In this document: piece by piece, positions 20,712-31,225 of the stretch
How positions within the stretch are numbered: the first letter of the stretch is position 1
How the letters are laid out: every line of letters starts with the position of its first letter
IMG/VR virus record: IMGVR_UViG_2903631197_000003
Span: 28,290 to 92,289 of that record
DNA: 64,000 bases
DNA from: a virus
Direction: 5' to 3' (one strand)
Notes under the pieces: generated by a model
Database searches by the model: none
Told to the model about the DNA's origin: nothing
Seen by the model: only the letters and a program-made list of their open reading frames with translations
Translations under genes and position numbers: made by a program

Positions 20712-20852
20712 ATGAAAAGATGGATTCATGTTAGATTTAAAGGTGCTTTTTATGCAGAAAGCACGCATTGTCATACACTGAAAGAATTTATTGAAAGGAG
20801 AGGTTGTAAACGAAGTGACATTGCTGAATGGTGGACGAGAGAACACGAATAA
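20712..20852 (+). CDS. Small hypothetical early protein (46 aa, not in ORF track)
   Basis: MKRWIHVRFKGAFYAES...; lies between two leader modules. Confidence 0.55.
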   Translation: MKRWIHVRFKGAFYAESTHCHTLKEFIERRGCKRSDIAEWWTREHE

Positions 20853-20915
20853 CATTTAACTCCATATCTGTTTTCTCAGGTATGGAGTACGATTATTAAC
20901 TAAATATTTACGATT

Positions 20916-21188
20916 ATGTATGAAACTATTTATTGCGTGCAAATATTTGACTACAGATTGCCGAATTTGGATAAGGTTATAAGCACGTTTTTTACTACAG
21001 ATTACGAGTCTGCCCATAGCGAATTTACAAAAATCCATAAGTCGGAAAATGGTTCTTCGATTGAAGTAAAACGTGACTGTTGCGGAGATTTTACCAAAAG
21101 TTTTTGGATAGGGAAACCGTGTGATTTTCGTGTTGAGTTCAGGTCAGACTACGGATGGATTCAAGATGGCATAGCCCATTTCTCTTAG
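20916..21188 (+). CDS. Hypothetical early protein (paralog of 22245..22502)
   Basis: MYETIYCVQ...TDYESA...FWIG shared with the paralog. Confidence 0.7.
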   Translation: MYETIYCVQIFDYRLPNLDKVISTFFTTDYESAHSEFTKIHKSENGSSIEVKRDCCGDFTKSFWIGKPCDFRVEFRSDYGWIQDGIAHFS

Positions 21189-21257
21189 AAAATAACGCGT
21201 GCGTTAGGATGATACCTAACGTGCGTGCTTTGATTATTAACTAAATATTTTACAGTT

Positions 21258-21803
21258 ATGAAAACTTACAAATTAATTGCTATCGTTGCAGGCGAAAGAA
21301 ATTCCAAGTATGCAGACGCAGAAGCAAGAGGAATAGTAGAAGCTGAGAAAAAAGCGGACGAACTTCTTGAAAAATACATTCACGATTATCCGAGCGACAC
21401 TTATATAGTTTGCGTTGAGGATGAGTCTGAAATGTGGTTCGATGACTACCTTTGCTGGCAGAAGGATTGCTACGGCGAAAAATATTGGATGAAAATGGTG
21501 AATGGTCACTATTGCCCAATAGGTTTGAGACTTCTCACTGACGATGAAAAAGAAGAACTCGACGAACTGCGCAAAGAAAAAGAAATCCACATTTGGGATC
21601 TTGATGAAGAACAGCTGAAAAGGTTGCGCTCTGAAATTTGTGTTGGCAGTTGCTACGGCTCAGACTATGAAAATTCGTTTGACATAGATACCGAGGAGGT
21701 TTACAACATTTCAGAAAGCTATCTGTCATTTATCGGATTTTATGGCTATGAAGATACACAGGAAGAATTTGCTGAGTATTGTATGGATGTAGCGGCAGTC
21801 TGA
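21258..21803 (+). CDS. Hypothetical acidic early protein
   Basis: 181 aa, leader motif upstream. Confidence 0.7.
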   Translation: MKTYKLIAIVAGERNSKYADAEARGIVEAEKKADELLEKYIHDYPSDTYIVCVEDESEMWFDDYLCWQKDCYGEKYWMKMVNGHYCPIGLRLLTDDEKEELDELRKEKEIHIWDLDEEQLKRLRSEICVGSCYGSDYENSFDIDTEEVYNISESYLSFIGFYGYEDTQEEFAEYCMDVAAV

Positions 21804-21865
21804 TTATGTGCGCTTGCATTGCAGCGGGCGCACTGCTATTGTCTAACAATTTAAATTCAATTATT

Positions 21866-22183
21866 ATGAGTAAAGGTAAAACTTCAATCAAAAAGTCAGA
21901 TGTTAAGTTTTTCGAAGTGTTAGAACATGACATTTTTCAGAAAAACAGAAAAGAAAACAAGGACCTGAGCGACTTTGAGGCACGAATGCTTGAACTTGTT
22001 GGAAATGCCATAAGACCAAGAGAATCGCAGCATTTCTGGTCTGACGGATGTTACTCCTGGTATCGTAATTGTCGCCAAGAAAACGTTGATAGACTTTGGC
22101 TCACTAAAAACGGAATCCTCGTGTTTGAACAGTCTTTGAAAGATGATGTTTATAGACTTTTCAGAATCGGTTTTAACTTCTGA
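21866..22183 (+). CDS. Hypothetical early protein
   Basis: Start moved to MSKGK, after the hairpin and leader. Confidence 0.65.
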   Translation: MSKGKTSIKKSDVKFFEVLEHDIFQKNRKENKDLSDFEARMLELVGNAIRPRESQHFWSDGCYSWYRNCRQENVDRLWLTKNGILVFEQSLKDDVYRLFRIGFNF

Positions 22184-22244
22184 CTTTACTCTCCCTGTTG
22201 TGACAGATAGGGAGAAACTAATAATTAACTAAATATTTATAATT

Positions 22245-22502
22245 ATGAAAGAAACAGTATATTGCGTGCAGAAAATAGATTGGAGAAATCCCATGCGACC
22301 TTGCGTAATGAGTACATACACGAGTACAGATTACGAATCTGCAAAAGATGAATTTATGAAATCTTATAATTCAGAGAATTGCACCACTATAGAAACCAAG
22401 CATGACAGTAGCGGTGATTTCCAAGTTTTTTGGATTGGTTCAGATTTTTGTGTCGTGTTCATGGCTAATGATGACGGCAGCAAGATAAAGAGTATCATCT
22501 AA
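22245..22502 (+). CDS. Hypothetical early protein (paralog of 20916..21188)
   Basis: MKETVYCVQ...TDYESA...FWIG. Confidence 0.7.
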   Translation: MKETVYCVQKIDWRNPMRPCVMSTYTSTDYESAKDEFMKSYNSENCTTIETKHDSSGDFQVFWIGSDFCVVFMANDDGSKIKSII

Positions 22503-22514
22503 ATATTTACGAAT

Positions 22515-22742
22515 ATGAAGAAACAGACGTTAGAAGAAGTTTTAGACAATTTGTATTTGAAATACAAATGTGTGAATGAGGAAACAGTATGGGTAGAAAA
22601 CTGCAAGAACTACCTGTGTATCAATTGGCATACCTTCATGGATGGCTACGTAAACACGCACATCGTGTATTGTATTGCAAAGTATCTCAGGAAATACACG
22701 TCTAAGCCAATTTACGCATCAGACGTGCTCTTGTCAATTTAA
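22515..22742 (+). CDS. Hypothetical early protein
   Basis: 75 aa ORF. Confidence 0.6.
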   Translation: MKKQTLEEVLDNLYLKYKCVNEETVWVENCKNYLCINWHTFMDGYVNTHIVYCIAKYLRKYTSKPIYASDVLLSI

Positions 22743-22801
22743 AAATCGTAGCCAGCCTGATTGTTGGCTACGGACTATTCTTTAACTAAATATTTACGAT
22801 T

Positions 22802-23206
22802 ATGAAAGATCCAAGAAAATTAAAAGTGTGGGGAAAGTGGTATAACTACGTTCTCGACAGCATCGCCGAATCTTCAACTGCAAGCGACTTAGGTTTAACT
22901 TTTGAAGATGACAGAAGCCGTATTGAGTTTTTCCTTGAGCAATTTAATGAGGAATACAACTACGACTACAACAAGATACGCTACCCTATTTTACGTCTTA
23001 GAATTGCCTCGTACTTGCAAGGGCTTCCATCGTCGATTAATATTGACTTTATGTGGAATAGAATCATCGAACTGACAAAAGAGTGGGAGGGGTATAAGTC
23101 GAAAGAAAAAGAAGAATACTTCTGCAATAAGTGGTTTGAAATTATTGCTACTTGCATCCTTCAACTTGCTGCGAGATACAAGATTAACACGTTCCAGTAT
23201 AAATGA
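22802..23206 (+). CDS. Hypothetical early protein
   Basis: 134 aa, leader motif upstream. Confidence 0.7.
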   Translation: MKDPRKLKVWGKWYNYVLDSIAESSTASDLGLTFEDDRSRIEFFLEQFNEEYNYDYNKIRYPILRLRIASYLQGLPSSINIDFMWNRIIELTKEWEGYKSKEKEEYFCNKWFEIIATCILQLAARYKINTFQYK

Positions 23207-23274
23207 CTTTCTGCGGATATGTATGAAAGCATATCCGTAACTAATTATTAACTAAAATCATAGGAGATTAAATT

Positions 23275-23673
23275 ATGCAATGCGTTATTGATGACATGCG
23301 TGCTATGGCATTGGATTTAAAGAAGTTAGGTTATCGTGTGTATCGTAGTAAATCAGAAGATGTAAGTCCGTTTCGATGCAAACAAGGCAAATGGGATTAT
23401 TGCTTCTATGTTCTAAACAATGGTGTATTATATGGAGTTCGGACTGATACCTACGTTATATATACTATTGTATGTCGTTATGACAACGAAGGTAGAGCGC
23501 AATACATTCGAGATGACAATCCGTGGGTTAATGTTCACGGAAACATGAAAGAAACAATTACTACCAAGACTCTAAAGGGAATATTCGGCAAGCCTTCTAA
23601 ATTTAACAATGATGATGTTTCCGTTATAAGAAAACACAACAAGGGAAGGATAAAGATTTATAGGTACGCATAG
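23275..23673 (+). CDS. Hypothetical early protein
   Basis: 132 aa, leader motif upstream. Confidence 0.65.
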   Translation: MQCVIDDMRAMALDLKKLGYRVYRSKSEDVSPFRCKQGKWDYCFYVLNNGVLYGVRTDTYVIYTIVCRYDNEGRAQYIRDDNPWVNVHGNMKETITTKTLKGIFGKPSKFNNDDVSVIRKHNKGRIKIYRYA

Positions 23674-23736
23674 AAGCAAAAGGCAAATGACGTTGCAGTT
23701 ATTTGCCTACTTTTATTTAACTAAAACACAACAATT

Positions 23737-24093
23737 ATGATTAGGTATTACAAAACTTTAAGAGGCTTGAGAAAAGCTTACGGTGGCCAAGTTAGTGTCA
23801 GAGATTTCTTTGACAGAAAAAGACGTGTTTACAGAAACGGCAAGGATGCACGGTTACAGCCAACAAAGGAACTGCAAGAGAAAGTTGCGAGAGCCTTTGC
23901 AGAACAGATTTACAAAAAGAAAAGTTCTAAAGAAAACTTTGTTGCAAGCCTTACGAGCGGAAGCAGTTGGCTTGATTGGTCTTTGTTCCAATGCTTCTAC
24001 GTAGAGCAAGGGGAAAACGAAATCTACATCAGCAATTCCCTTTCGGGCGAGGCTTACGACTATTGCATCAGAAAATTCTTGCGAGGCCGCTAA
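23737..24093 (+). CDS. Hypothetical early protein
   Basis: 118 aa, leader motif upstream. Confidence 0.65.
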   Translation: MIRYYKTLRGLRKAYGGQVSVRDFFDRKRRVYRNGKDARLQPTKELQEKVARAFAEQIYKKKSSKENFVASLTSGSSWLDWSLFQCFYVEQGENEIYISNSLSGEAYDYCIRKFLRGR

Positions 24094-24153
24094 TTCCCTT
24101 TCGGGCTTTGCCGCCCGATTGGAGCGATTTATTAACTAATTATTTTTTGAATT

Positions 24154-24381
24154 ATGGCATACACTATTAAAGGGCTGGCAAAAGCCAATGATTGCGAGGA
24201 ATTGAACGAGTACGGACTTGCTGATGTGTGGCGGTATTGGATTCAATGTAACTGCTGTGATATGCAGAGCGTGAAAGATTTCAAGAGCCTGCGCAAAAAG
24301 GACAGAAAAGAAATGATGAAGTTTTTGCTTGCCGAATGTCCTAATGTTGCAAATCACATTCTTGATCGTATCGATTTCTAA
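24154..24381 (+). CDS. Hypothetical early protein
   Basis: 75 aa ORF. Confidence 0.6.
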   Translation: MAYTIKGLAKANDCEELNEYGLADVWRYWIQCNCCDMQSVKDFKSLRKKDRKEMMKFLLAECPNVANHILDRIDF

Positions 24382-24446
24382 CCTGTCAAGCACACGGAGT
24401 TTAATCATTCCGTGTGCTTCAATTATTAACTTAAAAATGTATTGTT

Positions 24447-24707
24447 ATGGATGAAGTTTATATTGTGACGAAAAGTAACCATTTCTTTAATAATCCTGAG
24501 ATATGGGGTGTCTATTCAGTTCTTAAAGATGCTATAGAGGGAATACTTTCTGATGGTGATATAAATGAAGAAGAAATGGAAAACACATTTGGAAGTATAG
24601 ACAGGGTGTGGAATTATATTGAGGAACACTTGTGTACACCTGATTTCTCTGTCAATTATAGGATAGAAAAGCATAAAATTATCAAACCTATTTGGCACGA
24701 GTATTAA
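24447..24707 (+). CDS. Hypothetical early protein (paralog of 29396..29635)
   Basis: Shares GV..L..AI..I and EHL.TPD...NYRI with the paralog. Confidence 0.7.
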   Translation: MDEVYIVTKSNHFFNNPEIWGVYSVLKDAIEGILSDGDINEEEMENTFGSIDRVWNYIEEHLCTPDFSVNYRIEKHKIIKPIWHEY

Positions 24708-24780
24708 TTGAAATTAACTCATATAACTATGGTCGTATTAACTTATGCCATAGTTCAATTATTAACTAAATATTTAGATT

Positions 24781-25212
24781 ATGAGTTACGAACACATTAA
24801 AGAAATTATGATGAAAGAGTGTCCCCATATCTGGAAATGGTGGAATGAGGACATAAGGACTATGCTTTCAGGAAAAGAGTTGATAGAGAGGTACAGAAAA
24901 GCAAGGCTTCAGCTTAAAGGAGAACTCGAAAGTAAAATACTGACAGAACAGAGGTATTTTGCGGAGTATGAACTTCTCTGCTTGCTTTCCGGCGTTAAAG
25001 AGCCATTGGATTTTAGCAATGCTAAAAGGTACGACAATCCGCAAGGAAAGAAATTCAAACTCCATAAAGGCTGTAAAGTTTACTATATAGGCACTAATCT
25101 GTACGAATTAGAGAAAAAAGCAAAGGAAATGGATTTGGAACTTTCTGAAATGGATGAAACGAATTTACTCGTCGTTGCAATGAATCTCTGTTCTGAACAA
25201 ATCTTGATTTAA
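24781..25212 (+). CDS. Hypothetical early protein
   Basis: 143 aa, leader motif upstream. Confidence 0.65.
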   Translation: MSYEHIKEIMMKECPHIWKWWNEDIRTMLSGKELIERYRKARLQLKGELESKILTEQRYFAEYELLCLLSGVKEPLDFSNAKRYDNPQGKKFKLHKGCKVYYIGTNLYELEKKAKEMDLELSEMDETNLLVVAMNLCSEQILI

Positions 25213-25268
25213 CGACCTTGCCCACATTGCAGTGGGTAGGGTACAATTATTCACTAAATTCAACAATT

Positions 25269-25448
25269 ATGCAAGACAACAAGTATTTTTGCTACACCAT
25301 TTCAGAAAATGGTGAGCGAGGCTATCAGAAGATAGACAAGGCGCAAGCATTGCGTCTTAATAGTATTGGAACTCATTTCTACGAATTACCCTTCAAGGTG
25401 GTTAACTCACTCACAAAGGCATTGAGGTGGAAGTATAGACTTAGATAG
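25269..25448 (+). CDS. Small hypothetical early protein
   Basis: Start moved to MQDNK, after the leader motif. Confidence 0.6.
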   Translation: MQDNKYFCYTISENGERGYQKIDKAQALRLNSIGTHFYELPFKVVNSLTKALRWKYRLR

Positions 25449-25473
25449 TATCAATATTCTAAAACTGTAATGT

Positions 25474-25761
25474 ATGACGGAAGAAATAACGGTTTATAGG
25501 AACAATTCCATAAGGGAATTTGTTTACGATTTCGGGAGTAAGACGGTTACAGATATGGAAACCGGCGAGAAAAAGGCAATGACATTTGACGGTTTTCGTT
25601 CTATGAAGGCAGATCTTAAAAGTCAAGGTTTTCGTTTTTTGGTATTAGACCCAAGAACTGTCGTATTCGATATATACGAGGACGCATTAAAATGGTGTGA
25701 GCGGCAAAACATACCAATGTGTTTTACACCTTACACTATCCAAGCAAGTAAGGCGGTGTAG
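25474..25761 (+). CDS. Hypothetical early protein
   Basis: 95 aa ORF. Confidence 0.6.
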   Translation: MTEEITVYRNNSIREFVYDFGSKTVTDMETGEKKAMTFDGFRSMKADLKSQGFRFLVLDPRTVVFDIYEDALKWCERQNIPMCFTPYTIQASKAV

Positions 25762-25816
25762 TGACCGCCATACTTGCAATTATTTTTAGTATTAACAATT
25801 TAAAATTCAATTAATT

Positions 25817-26617
25817 ATGGAAAAATTCAATGCTTTTGTAAATGACGAGAGTTGGAACGGTTATGCACTTGTTGATGACAGACTTATTGCAGTAAAGGCA
25901 GAAACGATAGACATTTTGCAGACTGCCATTGGTAAGAGGATTCGTATCAATTGTACTGACGGAGAGAATAAGTACAGGGTTCGCCCTGAAGACTATTTCG
26001 ATTCAACGAAGGACTTCGAGCAAGGAAAACCTTCTCCAATGCGAGAGTACCCTATTGTAGGGAAAATTAAGAATATCCGATACAACAGAGAGACTGATAC
26101 ATGGTCTGCGTATGCTATAGATTCGAACGGACTGCCCGTCAAAAAAAAGTTTGGTTTGTGCTCTATACAGTGTTCGCTTGAAAGACATAACTGCTTCAAG
26201 GTCACTTCCTCTGAAATAAAGGAGCAGCTTTATTGGGACTATGAAGAGGCAATCCAGAGTACTTCTTACACTTCGGTTGAGCCGGACGGAACGGAAAAGA
26301 CTCACGTAGGACTCATAAAACTTCTCAAACCAAATGATGAGCAGCAAAAGTTGTTACAGGAGTTGAACAACACTCTTGAAAAGCTTTATGCTGCTGGTGT
26401 TAAGTTGGTACACAGAGACGATTCCACATGGTTTGCACTCAACACAAAAGAAGTGCAGGAAGTTCGCGTGGTCAGCGAGTGGAGTGAAGAAGAAGATCTC
26501 GAAAAAAGGCCGGGAGAAGAAACAGTTTGCCGTGAAGGTCAGCTTATATTTGACTTTAATTTCAGCGACGGAATCGAGTATGGACAAGAGTTGTTCTACA
26601 TCTACGTCAAGCGGTAA
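25817..26617 (+). CDS. Hypothetical early protein (tandem paralog of 26693..27433)
   Basis: 266 aa; shares DGTE...KL.KP..EQ..LL..L and C-terminal FY.YVKR. Confidence 0.75.
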   Translation: MEKFNAFVNDESWNGYALVDDRLIAVKAETIDILQTAIGKRIRINCTDGENKYRVRPEDYFDSTKDFEQGKPSPMREYPIVGKIKNIRYNRETDTWSAYAIDSNGLPVKKKFGLCSIQCSLERHNCFKVTSSEIKEQLYWDYEEAIQSTSYTSVEPDGTEKTHVGLIKLLKPNDEQQKLLQELNNTLEKLYAAGVKLVHRDDSTWFALNTKEVQEVRVVSEWSEEEDLEKRPGEETVCREGQLIFDFNFSDGIEYGQELFYIYVKR

Positions 26618-26692
26618 TCATTCAGAGTGTGCTATATCAGGTTATAGCGCACTTGCAATTATTTTAGTATTAACAATTTAAATTCAATTATT

Positions 26693-27433
26693 ATGAAAAG
26701 TTTTGAAATTTTTGTAAGTAACAATGGTTATTCATTCGTTAATGGCGAACTGCTTGAAGTAAGAATCGATACTTATGCTTACCAAAAAAATGGCTCTATC
26801 GACATTTGTGTGTTACATCGGGAGAAAGAGTACTGGGTACCTGCCGACAACTTCTATCTGTCAGTCGATGACTATGAGAGAAATATCAGACCGGAAACAA
26901 TAATGCAATGCTTGGCTTGTTGGGTGAATTATGACAATCCGAAGGAAAGAACTACCTGGGTTGTCAAAAACAACCAACCTGTAAAGGTTGTGGTAGATCC
27001 GCTTGTACTTTATGTTCATGTTGACAAGAATGACAAGTTGAGTTTCAACGAAGATGAAGTCCCGAGCCAAACGTTCTGTTCTTATGTGACAGCGATGCAA
27101 CACTGCGACCTCGTAATCAAGAAGGAGGACGGAACGGAGATTGTAAAAGAATCGTTGGCGAAACTCATCAAACCGACCGAAGAACAAATGGAACTTCTTA
27201 AACAGTTGCAAGAACTGGAGAAGAAGATTTCCGAATCAGGTTTGGAGCCTTTGATTAATTTCGGAGGAAGATTTTTCATCAATACCGAGAAGTTAGAGGA
27301 ATACAGTATATCCGATGCTGACGAGGAAGGTATGTCAAGGTTGTTGAATTGCGACCTGACAGAAGTTCCATTCGGATATGGAGATGCGTTTTGGGGTGAT
27401 GAGTTCTATTTCTACGTCAAGCGTAAGGATTAA
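26693..27433 (+). CDS. Hypothetical early protein (tandem paralog of 25817..26617)
   Basis: 246 aa; its leader is near-identical to that of the paralog. Confidence 0.75.
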   Translation: MKSFEIFVSNNGYSFVNGELLEVRIDTYAYQKNGSIDICVLHREKEYWVPADNFYLSVDDYERNIRPETIMQCLACWVNYDNPKERTTWVVKNNQPVKVVVDPLVLYVHVDKNDKLSFNEDEVPSQTFCSYVTAMQHCDLVIKKEDGTEIVKESLAKLIKPTEEQMELLKQLQELEKKISESGLEPLINFGGRFFINTEKLEEYSISDADEEGMSRLLNCDLTEVPFGYGDAFWGDEFYFYVKRKD

Positions 27434-27568
27434 CACTAAAGTATGCTGCATTTGCTTGCGGCATACTTTCAAAAAAATCAAGCAAAGTCCTACTAACCAA
27501 TCCAGCTCCTTTCGTCGTGGTAAGCGAAAGGAGTGCTATTTATTAACTAAATCATAGGAGATTATATT

Positions 27569-27976
27569 ATGCTTAAAACAAGTCATTTACAAATGCCAAT
27601 AGACGAATGGCATAACTTGCACAATCTGAAAGTTTCATTAGAGAATACAATTTCAAGTTGTAGCGACTCTGCTTTTGGAAGTGATGTTCGATTGGAAATC
27701 CAAACCATCCTCGAAAACACGGAAAAGAAAATACAGAGGATTCTCGACAAGAATTTTTCTGTCAAGCCGAAAGACTTTGACAAATACCACATTATCACAT
27801 GGGACAAAGACTGTGGTGAAGATGACAAAGACGATTGCCGCACGCTTGCTGAAGCCAAGAAACTTGCTAAAAGTTACTTCGGGAATGGTTATGAGGAAGT
27901 GACAATATTTAAAGACCATTGCAGGGTTTGGGTGATTAACGAACTCCACAATAAAGGATATGACCCCCGCAAGTAA
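27569..27976 (+). CDS. Hypothetical early protein
   Basis: 135 aa, leader motif upstream. Confidence 0.65.
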   Translation: MLKTSHLQMPIDEWHNLHNLKVSLENTISSCSDSAFGSDVRLEIQTILENTEKKIQRILDKNFSVKPKDFDKYHIITWDKDCGEDDKDDCRTLAEAKKLAKSYFGNGYEEVTIFKDHCRVWVINELHNKGYDPRK

Positions 27977-28037
27977 CTCGAAGTCCGCTTCTATGGCAAG
28001 GAGCGGACTACTATTTATTAACTAAAAGAATACGATT

Positions 28038-28319
28038 ATGAAGACAATTGAATCTAACGGAGTAAAACGTGTGCACATTTGGGTTGTTCAAGAAACAAGA
28101 AACAGTTGTTACGATAACCCTATCACTATCAGAGACAACAAAGAGGGTGCCTTTAATCATTTCAACACAAGGCGCAAGGAGTTGGAAGAATACGCTAACA
28201 GAAATAACCTTTTGCTTTTTGATGAAGCAGAGAATTGTTTTTCTCTTTATGACAGAAAAGACAACCTTGTCAGGATGGTTGTGGTAAAACACCTTCTTCT
28301 CAAGATTACTGACAACTGA
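28038..28319 (+). CDS. Hypothetical early protein
   Basis: 93 aa, leader motif upstream. Confidence 0.65.
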   Translation: MKTIESNGVKRVHIWVVQETRNSCYDNPITIRDNKEGAFNHFNTRRKELEEYANRNNLLLFDEAENCFSLYDRKDNLVRMVVVKHLLLKITDN

Positions 28320-28381
28320 ACCCAAAATCCAATCTCTTATAAGAGGTTGGATTACTATTTATTAACTAAAGAAATACAATC

Positions 28382-28618
28382 ATGAAAGAAATGTTGTCAA
28401 TAATCAGCAAAAACAATTTAAAGGGCAATTATATGCTTTATTGTCCTGTAACAGCTATTCCTCCTTATTTCGGAACTCTTACTGAGTGCAAGAAATCTCA
28501 GGTTGTATTCGAGAAAAGACTTCATAAGGATTTTGATGTCCTAACCGAGAACGAGAAGCACGGAATCCGCTCCCTAATAGAGTTTTATAGGGAACGCAAT
28601 GGTGATTTCTCTGCTTAG
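28382..28618 (+). CDS. Hypothetical early protein
   Basis: 78 aa, leader motif upstream. Confidence 0.65.
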   Translation: MKEMLSIISKNNLKGNYMLYCPVTAIPPYFGTLTECKKSQVVFEKRLHKDFDVLTENEKHGIRSLIEFYRERNGDFSA

Positions 28619-28686
28619 ACTCTATCCAACTTAAGTCGCAATGACTACGGCTTAGGTTCTAATTATTAACTAAATACAATTTTATT

Positions 28687-29331
28687 ATGAACAAAATGAA
28701 TTTATATGCTAATGCGCTTTACATGCGCTTGTATCGCGAAAACGAAACGGATATGTTCATAGTGTCAAATCCTAAGCAAGCAGACTATTCTGAACTGAAT
28801 AGTACTGACAAGGTGATAGTAGACTTTATGACCCAAAGAGAAGAAGAGATGGACGAATTGTCTCACTTCTGGAATGAGGATGGTTACATTGATTTCGAGA
28901 CTGCGTTTGAAGCACTCGTTACTATTGCCGACCATATCCTTTCGCTTTATCCCGGTATTAACGCTGGCAAATTTAAGACGTATTTAGATTGCGGTGTCCG
29001 CTGGTGCAGTTATTGTGGCATGCCAATGACAGAGGGCTTTTACCTTACAAACCATTACGCTTGTAGTGAAGAGTGCAGATTCAAACACTATAAAGAAGAT
29101 TATGGCGCAAAGGACAGAGACGAGGCTACGAAGATGTATCTCCTGGATTGCTACGAGATAGCCGGCGACAAATATCCTGACTTGTGTACCGGCAATACTA
29201 AAAGTATTAATAGCATCATGGAGGAAACAGGCAAGCATCCACAGGATTTGACTCTCGAAGAGTTGGAGGATGTTATCGAGAACAATTCATTTGAGGTAGG
29301 TGACTATGCCTATTTTACTTATTGGAACTGA
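28687..29331 (+). CDS. Hypothetical early protein with a C4 zinc finger
   Basis: CSYCG.PM.EGF.....YACSEEC motif. Confidence 0.7.
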   Translation: MNKMNLYANALYMRLYRENETDMFIVSNPKQADYSELNSTDKVIVDFMTQREEEMDELSHFWNEDGYIDFETAFEALVTIADHILSLYPGINAGKFKTYLDCGVRWCSYCGMPMTEGFYLTNHYACSEECRFKHYKEDYGAKDRDEATKMYLLDCYEIAGDKYPDLCTGNTKSINSIMEETGKHPQDLTLEELEDVIENNSFEVGDYAYFTYWN

Positions 29332-29395
29332 CTTTGACTCCGTCCGTGTTGCAGCGGACAGAGTACGATTATCAACAAATTAAAACAATAAAGAT

Positions 29396-29635
29396 ATGAA
29401 GAAAGAAATTTATGTCGTGTCTGAGTGCGATAAATGGGGAGGAAGTCCATGTATTGTTGGTGTTTTTGACACACTTGAAAACGCTATATCCAATATAATT
29501 AAAAATGGGTGGTATAGCGAGGATGAACTGAACTGTGTAAGTGACATGAGGCAATATCTTAGAGAACACCTCTATACACCAGATTTGAAATGGAATTACA
29601 GAATACAGATTTTTAACCTGAATGAATGGTCGTAA
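29396..29635 (+). CDS. Hypothetical early protein (paralog of 24447..24707)
   Basis: 79 aa; see paralog. Confidence 0.7.
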   Translation: MKKEIYVVSECDKWGGSPCIVGVFDTLENAISNIIKNGWYSEDELNCVSDMRQYLREHLYTPDLKWNYRIQIFNLNEWS

Positions 29636-29745
29636 AACTGCCAATGAATAAGTGGCAGAATTGGAAGGGGGCGAATATTCTGGTCTTACACTCTGTCTGT
29701 ATTGAAGCGGACAGAGTACGATTATTAACTAAAAAGAAAACAACT

Positions 29746-30708
29746 ATGGAAGAAAAAAGAAGTTTAAATGCAGTGGAAAAGCTGCAAAAGTTAGTGACTT
29801 GGTGTGATTGTCAAAACGACGACTTTACCGCAATGTTTCGAACTATCGACAAGATTGAAAAGTGCTATGATGCCTGTCGTAAGCATGGAGTAGAGTTTGC
29901 CGATAACCTGACTTGGGACAAAGACGATCCTAATTACATCAAAGACCCCAAATATTTGCTTGCCAAAGATGTTAATGAGATTTTAGGTGTATACCATTAC
30001 AAAGTGGGCGAACTCACTATCCCCATGCTTAGTCAGGCAAAGAAAGATTTCGTGGAACTGCTTCACGAACTTGAAGATTTGCCATTCTCTATAGCTTATA
30101 GAAAGTTCGACGGTTACAACAGGCAGGGTCGGGAGAATTTCGACTGTAACTACAAGTCCATTTCCGTGACGGTAGAACGTTCAATAGATGGTTGTACGTT
30201 GCTCCCCACCGTAGAGATATGGGATGACAAACATATCATTTCGTTCTATCAAAGATTCGATGAACTGCTCTACGGCCATGGTTATGGCTGTCTTGCTGTT
30301 GATGACGACCTTTTCACACGAGAAATAGACCCTCGTGATGTACTTGGGTTAGAAGATTTAAATTTTGATATTGGGTCTTACGCCCTTAGGGACTATCTAA
30401 AGGACAATCCTGAAAAAGAGGAGGAATTAAGGGAAAACGGATGGCTACCAAAGGTGTTCGTTCCTGACGATATTTTCGATGGAGATTACTTTAGTCTGGT
30501 CGAAGAGGTTAGGATAGTCTTATTCCTGATGTACGAGGACTTCGTGACTTGCGAGCCAAAAGAAATTCTTGACGATTATCGTCTATATACTGGCGTAGAG
30601 GTAAAATCTCTGTCAGACATCGATAAGGACGGCTTTAACAAGTTCATCAAAGGAGTTGAGGATTACGGCATTAAGTGGCGTGAAGAAGTCTTGTACCGCA
30701 TTCTGTAA
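29746..30708 (+). CDS. Hypothetical acidic early protein
   Basis: Start moved to MEEKRS, after the leader motif. Confidence 0.7.
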   Translation: MEEKRSLNAVEKLQKLVTWCDCQNDDFTAMFRTIDKIEKCYDACRKHGVEFADNLTWDKDDPNYIKDPKYLLAKDVNEILGVYHYKVGELTIPMLSQAKKDFVELLHELEDLPFSIAYRKFDGYNRQGRENFDCNYKSISVTVERSIDGCTLLPTVEIWDDKHIISFYQRFDELLYGHGYGCLAVDDDLFTREIDPRDVLGLEDLNFDIGSYALRDYLKDNPEKEEELRENGWLPKVFVPDDIFDGDYFSLVEEVRIVLFLMYEDFVTCEPKEILDDYRLYTGVEVKSLSDIDKDGFNKFIKGVEDYGIKWREEVLYRIL

Positions 30709-30808
30709 TCTTATCCGTTTATCCTTTAATTCGGGTAAACGGAACACAATAATGTTTAAAATATGTTATATATCTTATATGTATTATACAATATATATAA
30801 TAATATTA

Positions 30809-30816
30809 TAACTTTG
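30809..30816 (+). promoter_or_regulatory. Bacteroidetes -7 element (TAACTTTG)
   Basis: TAnnTTTG in an AT-rich gap about 25 nt upstream of the ORF at 30842. Confidence 0.55.
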
Positions 30817-30841
30817 CAATGTAATTCAAAAAGAATATATT

Positions 30842-31225
30842 ATGGAATTAAACAAAGTAATTAAACTGAAGGAAGGCAAATTGTTTGACCTGTCAGATGT
30901 CAAGATGCAGCAGAGAGTTGTCTACATCAAGGATAGTGACAGTGTTGTTGTAGTCTATTCGCAAAGGGTTGCGCCACAGATACGCATCATGTATGGTGAC
31001 AGTGCTGTTCTTATGACCGCTAGCCAGGCTGCAACTATGTATCCTGAGAAGTTCACGTTCACGAAGTACGAAAAGGGTTCAAGGGTTACGTTTAACAAGG
31101 CCTTCATGATTTATTTGAACGCCAACCAAGCCGACTTTGTGAAGTCTAAAGGTATCGCAAGTTCGTTTATCCGTTCCCTCATAGACAAAGCAATGGAGCG
31201 TGAAAATTACGTGGGTGGGGAGTAG
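30842..31225 (+). CDS. Putative DNA-binding protein (C-terminal ribbon-helix-helix-like)
   Basis: C-terminal 'FMIYL....ADFVKSKG.ASSFIRSLIDKAM' pattern. Confidence 0.5.
   Translation: MELNKVIKLKEGKLFDLSDVKMQQRVVYIKDSDSVVVVYSQRVAPQIRIMYGDSAVLMTASQAATMYPEKFTFTKYEKGSRVTFNKAFMIYLNANQADFVKSKGIASSFIRSLIDKAMERENYVGGE

Larger units (their letters stand above)
17161..30745 (+). repeat. Dispersed intergenic module repeated about 25 times: GC-rich hairpin + (AGTACG)ATTATT(A/C)ACTAAA + AT-rich spacer + ATG
   Basis: Examples at 18316-18373, 19675-19731, 19915-19967, 20858-20915, 22190-22244, 22747-22801, 24388-24446, 27982-28037, 28326-28381 and 29689-29745. Confidence 0.85.
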
